A stretch of 64,000 nt of DNA from Lingula anatina (GCA_051362555.1 CM120641.1:30696401-30760400); one strand, 5' to 3'; positions 40,788-54,154 are shown, counted from the stretch's first letter. Numbers and translations: made by a program. Notes: generated by a model not told the origin, from the letters alone.

Positions 40788-40899
40788 GTTATTATTATTT
40801 TTTTTATTGAGTTTAAGCAATTTTTTTGTGAAATTTTCACTTATTCTCATTTTGGCATTTCCAAAGTATGAACTTAAACTCTTATCAGCCTGAAGCCTT

Positions 40900-41113
40900 A
40901 GGGACTATTTTCAGACCCTATTATGCTAACTGTGGGTTGATCTATCTCCAAGGGAATTCTCGCTAAATTGCAATCAATGTAAGTGGCTTAGCTGTTCTAC
41001 TGAAACTGGCACGCCAGAATCCTAAGCTGCTTAAGCTGAATACAATTTAGTGAGAAACCCCTTCGAGTTGGATTGATCCTTGTAGATTGATCTAGGTATG
41101 GGAACGCAGTCTA
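40900..41113. mobile_element. PIF/Harbinger-like MITE family (ends gatctaggtatgggaac..agtct)
   Basis: Homologous to 43836-44040, 45241-45344 and 59472-59697. Confidence 0.6.
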
Positions 41114-43671
41114 ATGCTTGTTACACATTTTACTTCCATCCTAATCCACTGTTGCGCAGAATTAAAATTTGATGTTGGCTATACAATTAAGCATAATACA
41201 TAAGTGCATCACAGTATACTATTTTCAGCTTTTTGTCTGTACATTTGACAGCTTTGCTGCCTTGTTCATTTTTCAGCATATATGCAACACTGTAAACACA
41301 TTATAAGGAAAACAGATAGGCCAATTGTCATTAAACACACAGGAGTGGTCAATCTTACTAAAACGCGGGTTGAGTCCGAAAATCAGCATAATCGGGGCAT
41401 TATTTTAGAAGTTATGCCATTTTTCACATTTCCTCTTATTCAATTCTTAGGCAAGTTAATAGCCTTATTATTTAAATAATAAGATAGGTAAAAGTGTTTG
41501 TTTGACATTTCCTGCATCTTTACAATATTGTTAGTTGATTATGTAAAAATTATGGTAAACTTTTTATTGTGTTTTGTGTAATAAAGTGTCAAAAATGGAA
41601 ATAAACTCATATTATTGCTGTTTGTCAGATTCAATCATCCACTATGTTCAGAATCTGAAAATGGAAGAAATTGGACATTTAACACTGTTTTATTGATATT
41701 TTCTCATCTCATCAATTTTCTTAGTTGATCATATAAAAATTGCAGTTAACTGTTTATTTTGTTTTATGTTAAAAAAAGTGTTAAAAATGGAAATAAACCC
41801 ATGTCAGAACAGTGCTGTCTTGTTTACATTTTAGCATTTTCAAGGTGTGACTTTGAAGTTCCATGGGCCTGAAGATCTTTGCTAGTCACGTTTTCTGAAT
41901 GTCCATGTTACTAATATTTTATTATTAAAAATTGATGGTCATTATGCTGTTAAACATTATGTAATGTTGCATCAAAATTTGAAGAAACCCATATTTTGGG
42001 CACTGCTCCCATGATGACCATTTAAGGAAAACCATGTCACTTACTGTTCTCAAACTTACAGGAAAGAAACATGGGACTAAAATACAGCTTCAGTAGGCAA
42101 TGCAGTCTGTTTGGTAAATTTTTCCGGCAATTAAACAGTTTTTTTGTGAAAATTTAATTTTTCACATGTTGGCATTTTCAAGGTGTGACTTAGAACCTCC
42201 ATGGGCTTGAAGACCCATGCTAGTCACATTTTCTGAAAAATCCATGATACATTAATTTTATTATTAAAAATTGATGGTCATTATGCTGTTTACGAAAACA
42301 CAATTTTTGGTGCGCTGCCATGATGACCATTATGGGAAAACCATGTTACTTATTACTGTCAAACTTTCAAAAAAGAAACATAGGACTAAAATGCGGCCTG
42401 AGCTGGAAAAGCAGTCTAATTGGCTTCTTTTTCTGGAAGTTATACATTTTAGTGAAATATTCATTATTATCGTTTTGGCATATACATTGTGGGACTCGGA
42501 GCTCCCATGGACATGAAGCTGAATGGTAATCAAGTTTTCTACATTTCCATGCTATTTATAGTCAATTATCAAAAATTGGTGATAATGATTCTGTTATTTA
42601 TTATGTAATGTTACATCAAAATTGACAAAAATCTTTTTGCACTGCTACTACAAACATTATGAAAAGAAAACTGTGTTACTTATAATTATTTTTTTTACTT
42701 ACAAGTATGATTTTTAGGATTGGCATGCAGTTCAAATTAGAAAGCCAGCTCAATTGTGTTATCATTTATTATTGAATTTATGCAGTTTTGTATGAAATTT
42801 TCATTTTTCTCATTCTGGCATTTTCAAAGTGTGAACTTGAACTCCCATCGGCCCGAAGCCTTATGCTTGTTACACATTTTACTTACATCAGTATTACCTG
42901 TTGAGCATAATTTAAATGTTGAATTTGCAGTTATAAGCCTAATGTGCTTTTGCATCAGAATTGACAGTAGCCTATTTTGTGCATTGTTATTTTCTGCTTT
43001 TTGTCTGTACATTTGACAGTTTTGCCGCCTTGTTAAATATTTGTGTATAGAAAAGATATCTTTCAGAAAAATTGTGAAATAGTTATTCCATTTATTGATC
43101 AAGGAAGTTGATGATTTATTTTGTAAAATGTATATTAAATAAATTATTGGGTAATTTTCCCAAAGTCATGACTTATTTAAATGAAAACAATGATTAATTC
43201 AAGAATTGGTATAAAATCTGTAGGTATCATTGTGTGGATATAAAGAAGGGCTGTGTGATGATCTTCTTTAGCACAGAGTTCAGAGACCTAGATAATGTCA
43301 ACACTGGAAAGGTGTTTATGCAGGTGAGTCATGAGTTTGTGAAAACAATATAGCATTGCCCTCTTTTTTATCACTTTTAAATTAGTTTAGATGAATTCCT
43401 GCTTAAAAATGGCAACTCCATTGTACATCTTAAGTTGTTTTAATAGTTAAAGAAAAAGATGCAAAGAACGACTTAACTTCTGAGTTATTACCATCATTGA
43501 TTCCACTATTTCTAAATGATATACAATTATTTTTAGTTCATAACACATTTGGTAGAAGTATGGCTTTTTTAATTGTACATATACACTCTCAGATAAAACT
43601 AACACTTAGTCTAAAAACTTCATTTTTAATATTTATTCACTTAAACCTCTCTTTATAGAACACCCAAACTT

Positions 43672-43810
43672 TTTTATTGTCATGACCATATTGTCAAGGT
43701 ACCCCAGATAGGTACATGTAGCAGTACAGGCATGTTATGTCATTTATTGTCATGACCATATTGTCAAGGTACCCCAGATATGTACATGTAGCAGTACAGG
43801 CATATCATGT
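43672..43810 (+). repeat. 70-bp tandem duplication
   Basis: tttattgtcatgaccatattgtcaaggtaccccagata(g/t)gtacatgtagcagtacaggcat occurs twice. Confidence 0.95.
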
Positions 43811-43835
43811 GCTTTAGAAAAGTGATGAGATCTTT

Positions 43836-44040
43836 GGGACCATTCCCAGACCCTATTGTACTAACTGTGGATCAATCTATCTCTAAGGGGATTCTTACTA
43901 GATTGCAATCAACTAAAGCAGCTTAGATGTCTGTCACACCTACTGAAGCTGCTAGGGGTAATTAATTATCGTTTATTGCTTTTTTAAATTGTTATTGATC
44001 CTAGCTGTTAGATCGATCTAGGTATGTGAACCCAGTCTTA
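43836..44040. mobile_element. PIF/Harbinger-like MITE family copy
   Basis: cagaccctatt...ctaactgtgg...attgcaatc...gatcgatctaggtatgtgaacccagtct aligns with 40912-41112. Confidence 0.6.
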
Positions 44041-44728
44041 ATATTTGCTATGTCTAAAGGTTGATGTTCTAATAGATAATATTTTCTCCTATTACATGAA
44101 TTAATATTGTATGAATCAATATTATATAACCCATTTTTATGTAAATATGATGATGGTTTACTCAAACTGCCAGTGTTAATGAATGGTTGTGTTCAGTTGA
44201 TAGATTAAAATATTGAAAGAATACAGACAAAGTAGTATTGATGGCTAGGCAGAAAACCAAACTAAACCAAAAGATTTGGAACAATGAAAAACAACAATTC
44301 ACTTCTATTATGGACAGACCATACCTGTTGCGGTGAAAATATCTGATTTTTTCAAAGAATTTTACAATTCTTGTGTCACCTCTCTTGCCTATAGATGCCA
44401 TTGAATTGGTTTCATATAGCACAGAAGATATTTGTTTGATGTGTGTATTTGTGTGTATATATTCTGATCTCTATGGGCTCTCACAGACACCATACGTCAA
44501 CTTAAAGTGATCCAACTCTGTGCCTAGACTCTCGCAAAGTGCAATCAGCTTAATTGACTGAAGCGCCTCTGCAGGCGTTGAATAGAATACAAAATAGCTG
44601 CTGATTATGTAAGAATATTGGAAACAAGAGGAGGCATGTCATTCACTTCAGCTGTTTGCACTCAGCAAGAGTTCCTGCAAACCTACGATTGATGTCAGAT
44701 TTGTTGTTTAGTTCATTTTTCACTTCAG

Positions 44729-44888
44729 AATTTTGGCACATTTCTTGTGGAAGAAGTGAGCAAGGACCAGAAATTTTGGGTGGTTACTGAGACTCTGGGC
44801 GCCATCGTTGATCATCTGGACCTGTTGTCATGGAGATCAGGGTAACAGACAAACTCCAGACCATATGGTACCACAGCTGACAGCTGAG
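44729..44888 (+). other. Candidate exon containing a stop
   Basis: Acceptor tttttcacttcag| and donor gag|gtaaaa; NFGTFLVEEVSKDQKFWVVTETLGAIVDHLDLLSWRSG*. Confidence 0.35.
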
Positions 44889-45240
44889 GTAAAACTGCTC
44901 CCTGTGGTTTTATTTATTTTTATCAAAACAATTAAAGACCTATAACGGCAACAGTCCCATCATCTTCATAGTGAACAATATAAAAAAGCGTCATGTTTTG
45001 CTTACTAAAATGATTCCTGCAGTTGGGTATTTAACATATTCTTTTACAATGTAATCATGTGTTTATTTGAAGACATATTGATCAATTCCAGCAATGGATA
45101 TCTTCAGAAGGAATATTGTGAATTTTTTCCAGATTCATCAATAGAAAAGCAGCCTGGGAGCCCACATTCCTATCAGTATGACGGCAAGGACAAATCTGGT
45201 TCAGTTCATCATATACAAATCTTGACCAGTAGATTTACTT

Positions 45241-45344
45241 AGACCTGTTTCCGTACCAAGATTGATCTGACAGGATTGACCCATCTCTGAGGGAATTCTC
45301 ACTAAATTGCATCCTAGATCGATCTAGGTATGGGAATAAGGTCT
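45241..45344. mobile_element. Internally deleted copy of the same MITE family
   Basis: TIRs agacctgtttccgtaccaagattgatct / agatcgatctaggtatgggaataaggtct. Confidence 0.65.
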
Positions 45345-46019
45345 GAGACATATTTTTCTTCTCAAGTGTCTTAAAAATAATTAGAGTGTAGCACATCAAG
45401 CCACATAGCTTTCTGGTGTTAAATCAGTTTTATATCAGGCAACACTGATATTTAGAATTAATATTTTTCATTCTTTTTTTTTTAACTCTTATGATAGTCT
45501 CATTGGATGATTCATGTGTTTTCACATGAAACTGGTGTAAAACTTGCTTTTGTTCTTATATTCTGGATGACTGGTGCAAAAATTGCTCAAAAGGTGGAAA
45601 AAGCATGAAACTTGGCACAAATGTTCTTTGGACTATGCTGATCATTTTCAAGGGCAGTGCCCACAATTTCAAAGCGTTGCTTAGCAACCGTTGCTAAGGA
45701 GGTGATTTACCTTAGTAACAAGCTAATCTGACCTTTCTTGTTCAGTTTAAATGATTTAAAAAGGCTTTTAATAATGTTTCAAACCATCAGAACTATCACT
45801 ATACTATTTTAAGACATTAAAAACCCAAGTAAACCATTGCAACAGTTGCTAGACAGCATATTACCCTAGTAACAAGTATTTAACATGCTGAATTAGCCCA
45901 GAAAGTTAGTGTTAAGGTTGATTTTTTGTTGAGTTCCTCTAGACAGAGGGGATTTCAAATGTCATTTATAATATCATTGATGTAAAAAAACAAAAACATT
46001 TTTACACCTTCTTTTATGG

Positions 46020-46570
46020 AAAATATTTTTTTAATTTCTTTCAATTTTTGAGTTTTGACATAATGGTTGTGATAAGATTTCATCTAGGGTTAAATTGAAA
46101 TTTTCCTGAATTTCACTCAAAGAACCAATAATCTTTGCCAAAAGGGATAAGAAGTTGCTTTTAGTATTTTTAATCCACCTTTTGTTACTACCGATTCCTG
46201 ACATTTCGCCGAGAAAAACGCTCTCCACTTACTCTTATTTTCTTCATAAAGAAGTATTTTAAGCCATGTAAAGTTTAGGGCCTTGGTAAAAATTTTATTT
46301 GCGGTACCTTTTACCGTCCATTTTTGTAATCAGACGCCATCCTTGCTCATTTTATTTTGTATATTTTTCCATTCCTGATAAAGTTAAATATGATATGCAT
46401 ATTTTAAGTATTGAGGGAGGGGGGGGGGGGCTGGTAGGAGAGTTTATACATGCACTACGTAAGATGAGAAATACTAAAGGTTTAACCACAGTTGACTTTC
46501 CTATTATTGAAAGGTTTCTCAGAGACCAGATTTCCAAGATATTTTTCATTTTGTTCAATATTTTCTAAAA
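46020..46570 (-). mobile_element. Tx1/L1-clade LINE ORF2 fragment nested in the Academ element
   Basis: NKMKNILEIWSLRNLSIIGKSTVVKPLV (ORF 46352-46558) and NLTLDEILSQPLCQNSKI (ORF 46031-46228), characteristic of the post-RT region of Tx1-like ORF2. Confidence 0.8.
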
Positions 46571-46681
46571 AGTTTTTTTCAAATTGTATTTTGTCAGTTT
46601 CTATTCTCTACCAAGTATCTTAAATACACCTGCATGGTTTTATTTTAATTCTATTTGTTAATCAATGAAGTTCAAAAGTTT

Positions 46682-46980
46682 CTGTTCACACCCAAAGGCC
46701 GTTAGATGCCATATCTTACTTCCACCAAGGCTGCTCTACAACAATATAAGAGTATTCTTGCGAGATGAACATATCTGAATCAGCACTACGGTGCCATGTC
46801 ATCAGATACCATGTGCTCACTCTGGTTGGACTTGTGCGGAACAGTGGGCCTATGTGGGCACATTTGCCAGAAGCTATTGACCTGTCCAGAGTTGTTCCAG
46901 TGTGCATGTAGGTGCAGATGTAGAGGCTGACAGTGTGCAAGGGCAAAATGCACTGTATATTGCACATACAAGGGAGAATT
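46682..46980 (+). pseudogene. Academ transposase C-terminus remnant (post-XPG region plus Cys8/CXC-like zinc finger)
   Basis: LFTPKGR*MPYLTSTKAALQQY.../WAHLPEA/..CPELFQCACRCRCRG*QCARAKCTVYCTYKGE, matching LPPTxxALxQH...WxxLPEA...CxELxxCxC...CxCxxA..CTxxCxCxG. Confidence 0.75.
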
Positions 46981-46991
46981 AACTTTTATTC

Positions 46992-47027
<36 letters not shown>

Positions 47028-48296
47028 ATTGCAAAGTTTTATAAAGAGTCGTAAGGTGATAAAAGCATGGAAATGGCTGGTTACTAATTTTGAACATGCT
47101 GCCTTAAGTATCTGCACTGGCAATTTATTTGATCGGATGTGTGTTAACACACAATTAGTTCAACTTACTGGATTAAAAGTATGAACATCTTGCTCAAAAG
47201 TGTAGTTCTTAGCTAGTATTATAGGTTTGCCTTACTTAATAGACTAACGCAACTTTAAATGCTTGTTGCTAAGGTAATATGCTGCCTAGTAATCATGGCT
47301 GAGGTTAATTTGGGTTTTAATTGCCTTAAAATAGTCTAGTGATAGTTCTGATGCCCTGACACATAGTTATTAGCATTTCTAAACCATTTAAACTGGACAA
47401 GAAAGGTCTAATTAGCTTGTTACTAAGGAAATTCACTTCCATAGCAACAGTTGCTAAGCAACGCTTTGAAATTTTGGGCACTGCCCTTGAAAATGATCAG
47501 CATAGACCAAAGAACATTTGTGCCAAGTTTCATGCTTTTTCCACATTTTGAGCAATTTGGCCAAAATATAGCACCAGTCATTCAGACTATTAGCCTTTAC
47601 TTTCAAAATTAAATATCAAAACGTGTGGGGCTGTATTGTCTGTTTAAACTTTGACCCACTAACTGAGACAACCAAGTGACTTAATTTCCAATATAATGGT
47701 TTTTTAAATGAAATTATTGTATTTGTGAGGCTTAAGTTGTCTACACCATATTGAATTTGTTTGATATGATAAAACTTTGTATCACTGTGTAACGTTCTAT
47801 AATTACAGTTTTAAATTTACGTGGATGTTAATAAAAAATTTATTTAAAGCTGAAGATGTAATTTTGTTTGAAATATGGATTATTGGTTTAATTTAACTAG
47901 AATGTGTACATTGTATGGCAGCATAATATTCTATAAATTACATTTTAAGCTTGTGTGGATGTTTTAAAGAATTAACTAATTAATTATATTTATCTATTCA
48001 TGGGGGAGGGGGGTACTGAACCCTTAATGATTCAAACGGATTTCATATAATTTCTAGTTGAATTAAGAAGTTTTTTATACATTACTTTTTATAAAGTATT
48101 CGTTATATATAATGTATAATCAGTTTACTACAACTTCAGTTTTACCAACAAATGCACAACATAGTTTTCTCACGTTCCATGCAACGTCTGAATAAATTGG
48201 TGAAAAAACAAATTCTAACATATCTGGTTGCTCTACCTAAATCTCACGTAACACATTTTGTTCGTTTTCTGGGTTAATTAGCTTAGCTATAGTTTA

Positions 48297-48504
48297 AGCC
48301 CCCGTTACACTGGACGGCGTCCTTTTGCGCGACCACGAAACTGGCATAGCTGTGGTCGTAGAAGGGAGGCACAAGTATCGCTTTGGTTGAATGCTTAGTG
48401 GTCGGCCAGTTGTCGGCACATAAAATATAGTTTTATTTTACTCTCAAACGGGGCCATACCACAGGATGCAGAAAGGACGCCATGCATCCAGTGTAAAGGG
48501 AGCT
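48297..48504. mobile_element. PIF/Harbinger-type MITE
   Basis: TIRs agcccccgttacactgga..ggcgtccttt / aaaggacgcc....tccagtgtaaagggagct; TTA TSD at 48294-48296 and 48505-48507. Confidence 0.85.
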
Positions 48505-49217
48505 TTATGAAAGCACTGGCCTAGTAAGTAGTATCTTCATGTGACAGACCAGGGCCACAATACACCTCTGGTGTAAGGAAAGACTGAATTGATTTCAGAC
48601 GAGATACAAGCCCTGGAATGATGATGGAAAAAATTGAATTTATTGCTTCACTTTTATCGTACTCCCATTTTAGGTATCCTCTTACGTCAGAATTCTACGT
48701 TTTACTACATTGTATATTAACGTTAACCCGCCCTGTGATATCAGGGTCTCTAAAATAGTATACAATAGTATACAGTCCCTTTCAACAATTTTGTAACAGA
48801 CTTCTATCGCACATTATGGTCAGAGAGAAGCGTTACACAATAATTGTGCGCGTATCGTTGGCTTAAAATATTGATAAGTTGACGCCCATCGCGATAGTTA
48901 CAAATTGATATCAATCACGCTCGTTAAATGTCGTAACGTCTCAAGCAATGTGAATAAATTATAATTATCTTGAAGCTCCCGCCTGGAAACTCACTGTTCT
49001 ATTTATTCATGATTTTACACGAGACCACGCCTTTCCTTGTGGTAATTTCCACATGATTCCATTTATCTTTTTTAATTACCCCAAAACTAAATTTTATATA
49101 CAATGTAGTGACCTTCACGTCAGTCGAAATCAAGTAAAGTCCGATACGTGTAATTCTTCAAAATAAAAGATAATATACATATCGTTAACTAAATTTGATG
49201 CTGTTTAAAACATGCGG

Positions 49218-49379
49218 AAACAACTCGAAAACTGGATTAAAAGTGAAGGAGAGGGAGCTAATGTTCAGATTTACGCATCGGATATTATTCTCGGAAATGA
49301 TGATAAGAAAATAAATCTACTTATTTTTCAGGTAAAAGAATACATTTACAGAAAATCAAAATATGGAGGGCATCCGTAA
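49218..49379 (+). mobile_element. Tx1/L1-like LINE ORF2 extreme C-terminal fragment
   Basis: KQLENWIKSEGEGANVQIYASDIILGNDDKKINLLIFQVKEYIYRKSK resembles the IILG...INxxIxxxKxYIY end of Tx1 ORF2. Confidence 0.6.
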
Positions 49380-49857
49380 TACAGGGACATCGAATGTTTT
49401 CTGAACTAAAAAATAATGCTTTGCTTGTCTTTATATGTATTTATTTTATACTGTAGTTACACGTAGCACGCATACAGGTATGTATGTACAGTATGCGTAT
49501 GTTTTTGAGAAATGTGTATGTGAGAAGTGATTTGTATTGTATTGTATTGTACAATGTAATGTTAATTTCTTCAGTCTAATTAAAGAAAATATACATACAA
49601 TTTTTAGAGAGCGTACGCGTCTGTAATTAAACTCATCACAAGCATCTGTAAGTAGCAGGCCATGGGAACGAGAAGTGTAATTTAAACGAATCTGCAGATT
49701 GTTACTTTTCATGAAATTTGTATGTGTAACTTATTCAAAATAAAGGAAATGTTTGCACACACTTGTAGAAAAGTGCACGACTGCTAGGGTGGTTTTATTG
49801 GGTGGTGGGTCGAGGGGGGGGGGGGGGGTAGAGAGTTCGAGGCCCATCTCGCCATGC

Positions 49858-50082
49858 CTATAGCTTAAGTGTACGTCTCTGTGGTTTAGGGGTACAGTGG
49901 TCGCCTGATTCGCGGATTAGATTCCCGCCACATTTGGAAAACATCAGACTGGCTTCTGTCTTGAGAAATGTACTATTCTTTACATCATCTACTTTCCAGG
50001 GAAGAAATTTGAAGCTTACGGCAGGTGTGGACAATATGTCTACCAATAAATTACTGAGATCTCTAACAGTAGGGCCGTTCAA
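49858..50082 (-). pseudogene. Decayed ORF remnant, C-terminal half of the putative DEDD-like family
   Basis: ORF NGPTVRDLSNLLVDILSTPAVSFKFLPWKVDDV...SKCGGNLIRESGDHCTPK ends in a CG...HC arrangement like the other copies. Confidence 0.35.
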
Positions 50083-50857
50083 TGGATTTTGTTTTGGTCA
50101 TTTCCTATAAGTCCAGATTAGGGCGTTTTATGTTTACCTTGTTTTGTTTTTTTTAACTAGTGAAATAAGATAAAAATTAATTCAACCAATAAAAATATTG
50201 GAAATCTAAATATCGGATTTTTTTTCATTTGAGACATAAAACTAAATAAAGAACTGAATATTATAATATTTATAAGCTATAGGCTTAAAAGTGGAATTAA
50301 TATTAGATACTTAGAGAGAAAAACACTACTTAAAACGTTTATCCCCTTAAAATGAGAAATCTAATATCGTCGGTGAGAAATAAAAAGAGAATTTGCTGAA
50401 TGGGTTTGTGTGTGCGTGTGTTCAAATTCACAATCTATTTAAAGAATATTAAAATAAAAGTATTTTGTGGTAATTTTCCTTATATCTGATCGACGGTGTA
50501 CAGTATAAATGGGTGATGTAAAGAATTCTAATTAGGAAAAGTGAGTAAAATGCAAGTAAATAGAATGCTTTTTATTTTATATTCCGGAGTCTAATATATT
50601 TTTCTTTTCAACTGAAAATGCTACAAATAAATTACATTCAGAACGTTGTCTGTACCCAGTTCTGTGAAGGGTGACCTCGTGCTACTGATATTCAAAGCAC
50701 ACGTGAGCGCCAAACAAACAGAAATGAAAGGATACACAGTAAAAAACGAGTTCTGAGAAGGGAAGAGAAATGTGGGTGGGGTCGATACTACAGTCTACAC
50801 ACCAGGACTTGACTCTTCAATGATGGCAATGGGTCATTCTTGGCTGGAATACATGAT

Positions 50858-50985
50858 TCTAGGACCCCCCCTCCCCGGACAATTCCTCCTAGACAACCCC
50901 CTCCCCCGAAGACGACCCCCCCCCTAAGGCAATCCCCCTGAACAATTCCCCCAAGACACCCCCACCTTCCAAGAAAAGATAACAC
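50858..50985 (+). repeat. ~15-bp C-rich subrepeats (ggacaattcccc-like), MITE arm fragment
   Basis: Repeated gacaa(t)tcccc/gacaacccc units. Confidence 0.55.
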
Positions 50986-51989
50986 TCTGGTTTTGAATTA
51001 TCTGTATTATACATGTATTTCCATTTATACACTTCTTGAATGTTTTGCTGACTATAAGAAAAGAGACAGAAAATGAAATAAAAACAAAAGTATTGGCTAT
51101 AATTATAAATTATAAGAATCAGGAAGTTCGCTTACGCTCATAAACAGATCTGAGAGGCAACCTTAATAACATTTATTTAAGCAAATTTAATCATTTTCCA
51201 TTACATGTCATTTTTAATCAAACTAATACTACCATTTTCTCTATTTTTCCTGAAAGCAAACAAACATTTTATCTGCATTTCGTTTGATGCTAGTGAGGTT
51301 TCTGTATAACAGGTTAAGCAAATTATAATGAAATACTAAAAAAAGAAGATAAGTTCCGAAGCTTATTCATTTCTGTCTGGGGCAGTGGTAAATAAATTAA
51401 AACTTACAGTAATTTCATCGAAGGGATACCTGAATGAGTATGATTATCTGTTTACCCACCTCTGCCTGGAGATAAAGTTTTATGAAAAGCAGGCATTTAT
51501 AATTTTTCCCATTATCACATCTTCATTCTCAATATTATGTTCATTACGGGGGGGTGGGGGTGGGGGGGGGGGGTGTCCGCAGGGTGTCATGATACCCGGA
51601 TAGATGTTTCAGCTCTAATATTATCTGATGACCAAGATGAATAAGAACATTTGACGTTTTTTTGTTTTTTTCTAATAACATGTCCACGAAATTGCTCTGG
51701 GAAGATAAGGATTAAGAAATTTAAGTTGACTTATCAAATCTATTATTTATGGCAGCAGTTTCAATAAAATTTTGTTCGGGGCTTCCAGGCCTTGTAAACG
51801 GATTAGGCGTTTACTGACACTAGCCGCAGATCTTTCAGCACTAACGCTCATATTTTAACCACAAAATTGACAAATTAACCAACACACCACACACTTATTT
51901 AGCACCAACAAAACGATATCTAGCACTAACATTCATCCGCTCTGGCAGTACTGCAAGACTAAAATCTCCTCAGGTAAACATTTAGCTTC

Positions 51990-52570
51990 GTTGAGCGACC
52001 CATATTCCATTACCCCTACCCAGTCAGGAGAAGTTAAAAACAATCCGCCTGCACATATATAATTGCACCAAATTCTGATGAGTTGTTGACACGCTTCTGC
52101 AGTTGATACACCTTTAAAATATCAATACATTCGTAATGTCAGACAAAACTTTGTTCGCACTGAGAGGTACATTTTTTAAGTTAAAACTGGAACTCTTTGT
52201 GAGGTCTTATAACACGTAAGTACTCTGAAGAGGCTTTTACTACTTTTTGCAAGTTCTTCTGAACTTTGCTTCCCGCTTTAAAGCTGCCAATTTACAATGT
52301 ATCACCCAACCGTGTTGAGATAGGAGATAGGGTGTCCATTTAGGTAACACTCAGATTACGTACATTCCAAGCCATTGAATTGTCTCTTAAAATGGACCGG
52401 TACAGTAAAAGGTACCGCTCTTCGGAAGCCGACCTCAATTCAGACTCAAATAATAACTCTAACCTGTCATGTCACTTTACAATCTTTGGGAACTGTCACA
52501 GATAAAAAGTTCGTAAACTGGCAACTCACGTACATGTATCACATATTGCTTTTAAAAATTCGAAAGCAAT
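51990..52570 (-). pseudogene. Decayed near-full-length ORF remnant of the putative DEDD-like family
   Basis: Across frameshifts: IAFEF (52556-52570), PVYELFICD (52495-52521), RQFNGLEC (~52356-52388), FNLKNVP (~52166-52186), CINCRS...MCRRIVFNF/DWV. Confidence 0.4.
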
Positions 52571-52779
52571 AGAAGTTATGCACCGCTCCTGTCCGTAATG
52601 AATACACTAATAGATCATACAATACAAATATGCTATATTCTACCAGGGAGCCGAAGGTGAGGAAGGCAGCCAATATGACCAATGGGCAGTCTACTCTCCT
52701 CTAGGGGTCGGCTGGGGGACGGGTGGCGTTTCATTATTTTTGGTTTTCAAATTTCTCGCTGGACAACATAAAAACTGTT

Positions 52780-52975
52780 GCAGCATTAGACAGAAAAATA
52801 TCTGTGACATTTGAATGAAGAATTCTCTGTGTGGCCCTGGTAGGGGTTACTTCTGTCCTTTCAACAATACAAGCGAGATAAGACTCCAGCCGATTCCGAT
52901 GCCGTCGCAACCATGATTGTGACGGATTCCACAGACATCACCCCATTGTGTTAGTGAAGACATGACGTGAGACTG
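52780..52975 (-). pseudogene. CGxRHNH-family C-terminal remnant
   Basis: Minus strand VMSSLTQWGDVCGIRHNHG; nucleotide paralog of 54640-55010. Confidence 0.45.
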
Positions 52976-54154
52976 GAGGGGGGGGGGGGGGGAGATAGCA
53001 TGTACGTGTATTGCAATGATTGGAGTGTTTGAAGGGGAATGTGGTGGGGTGGAGGGGGGGGGGGGGGATAACGGGGATGGATGTAGGAGAGAGGAAGGGA
53101 GACATACTAAAATATCAGTTCGTTACAGCAGTCGTACTAACTCACGGGGAACAGATATTTTCGGGTTGTCCCCGACAGCATCTAATTAAAGACTTCTAAA
53201 AACTCACCTCAGCATACCTGTGGCAGTGTAAGTAGTACTACCAGTGCATGTAGTAGTAGGCCTACAAGATGATGTAGTAGTAGTGAGAGTAGTAGTATAA
53301 GAGTAGTAGTATAGAAGGCAATTTATTACTGGCATAGGTTGTATATAAGTAATACTCACTGCACGTGGCTGTGATGACAATACAATTAAATCTCGGAAAC
53401 CAATCGATTGAGCAATGAGCGGATCTGGTTTCATTATCCTTATAAACCCCCCCTTCCCCCCCCCCCCCCCCCCCCCCACACACACACGCAAACACGGGCG
53501 CGCACAAACAGCTTTTGATAATAATAAAAAAAATATGAGACTGAAATTTCTTTCAGGTGCGCCCGCAAACATTTCAAAAATTGTACGCATAATTCCAAAC
53601 AAAATATATTAAAAATTTACCACATATCCGATCCTAGGTTTCATTTGTCGTATACGATGTCCTATGGTGTCCATGTATTGCCCATATGCCCCTACTCGTG
53701 GGGCGTCCGCCACTTAACTTCAAGGTCATGTGGGAAAAATTGTACGTCGCCTGTACCGAACGTAAGCATGCTAGCCCATATACAACTACAGTACAAAATA
53801 TACGAAAAATTTGATTTCGATTTCATCGTACTGCGTCTGTGAAAAATGTAGCCTTGGCTGATAATGATAAGAACGCTGATAATGATAAATCTCCAGAGGT
53901 GATTTCCGACTTTACTTCTAGATGCTTGTGTGTAATTTAATATGGTCCACCAAAATGTTCCTGCTTGTATTTGAATTAATTTGGTTTTCGATTTTATAAA
54001 TGTCTCAATTAGACCTATTTTAACTTTTTTTCCCTCTTTCGCACGCGTTTTAAACCTCTTAATCTTTCTTGCTACATGTAACCCAAAATATGAGTGGATA
54101 TTTCAAACGAGCCATATTCCGCAGTTATTATGCTGTGGGTATTATTTGCTTTTA

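Larger units (their letters stand above)
39760..43034 (+). mobile_element. Helentron-like family A, two tandem or nested partial copies
   Basis: Core modules shared with 14.7-16.2 kb, 20.7-22.8 kb and 61.8-63.4 kb. 3' ends tgtctgtacatttgacag.tttgc.gccttgtt at 41234-41266 and 43002-43034. Confidence 0.8.
45559..47589 (+). mobile_element. Academ (AcademX-type) DNA transposon, internally deleted
   Basis: ~325-bp imperfect TIRs (45559-45883 and 47255-47589). The right end reads TAGTCTGAATGACTGGTGC on the minus strand. 3-bp TSD tta at 45556-45558 and 47590-47592. An internal Cys-rich coding remnant is present. Confidence 0.85.

Noticed and set aside
44735-44765. KDZ transposase motif GxTxGEEVEQ
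   Set aside because: It needs both a substitution and a frameshift, and the unshifted frame reads through naturally. Evidence is insufficient.
52009-52053. 2A-like peptide (QSGEVKNNPPA) at the start of a CR1 ORF
   Set aside because: It lacks the invariant DxExNPGP residues and no endonuclease follows. The minus-strand reading explains the region better.
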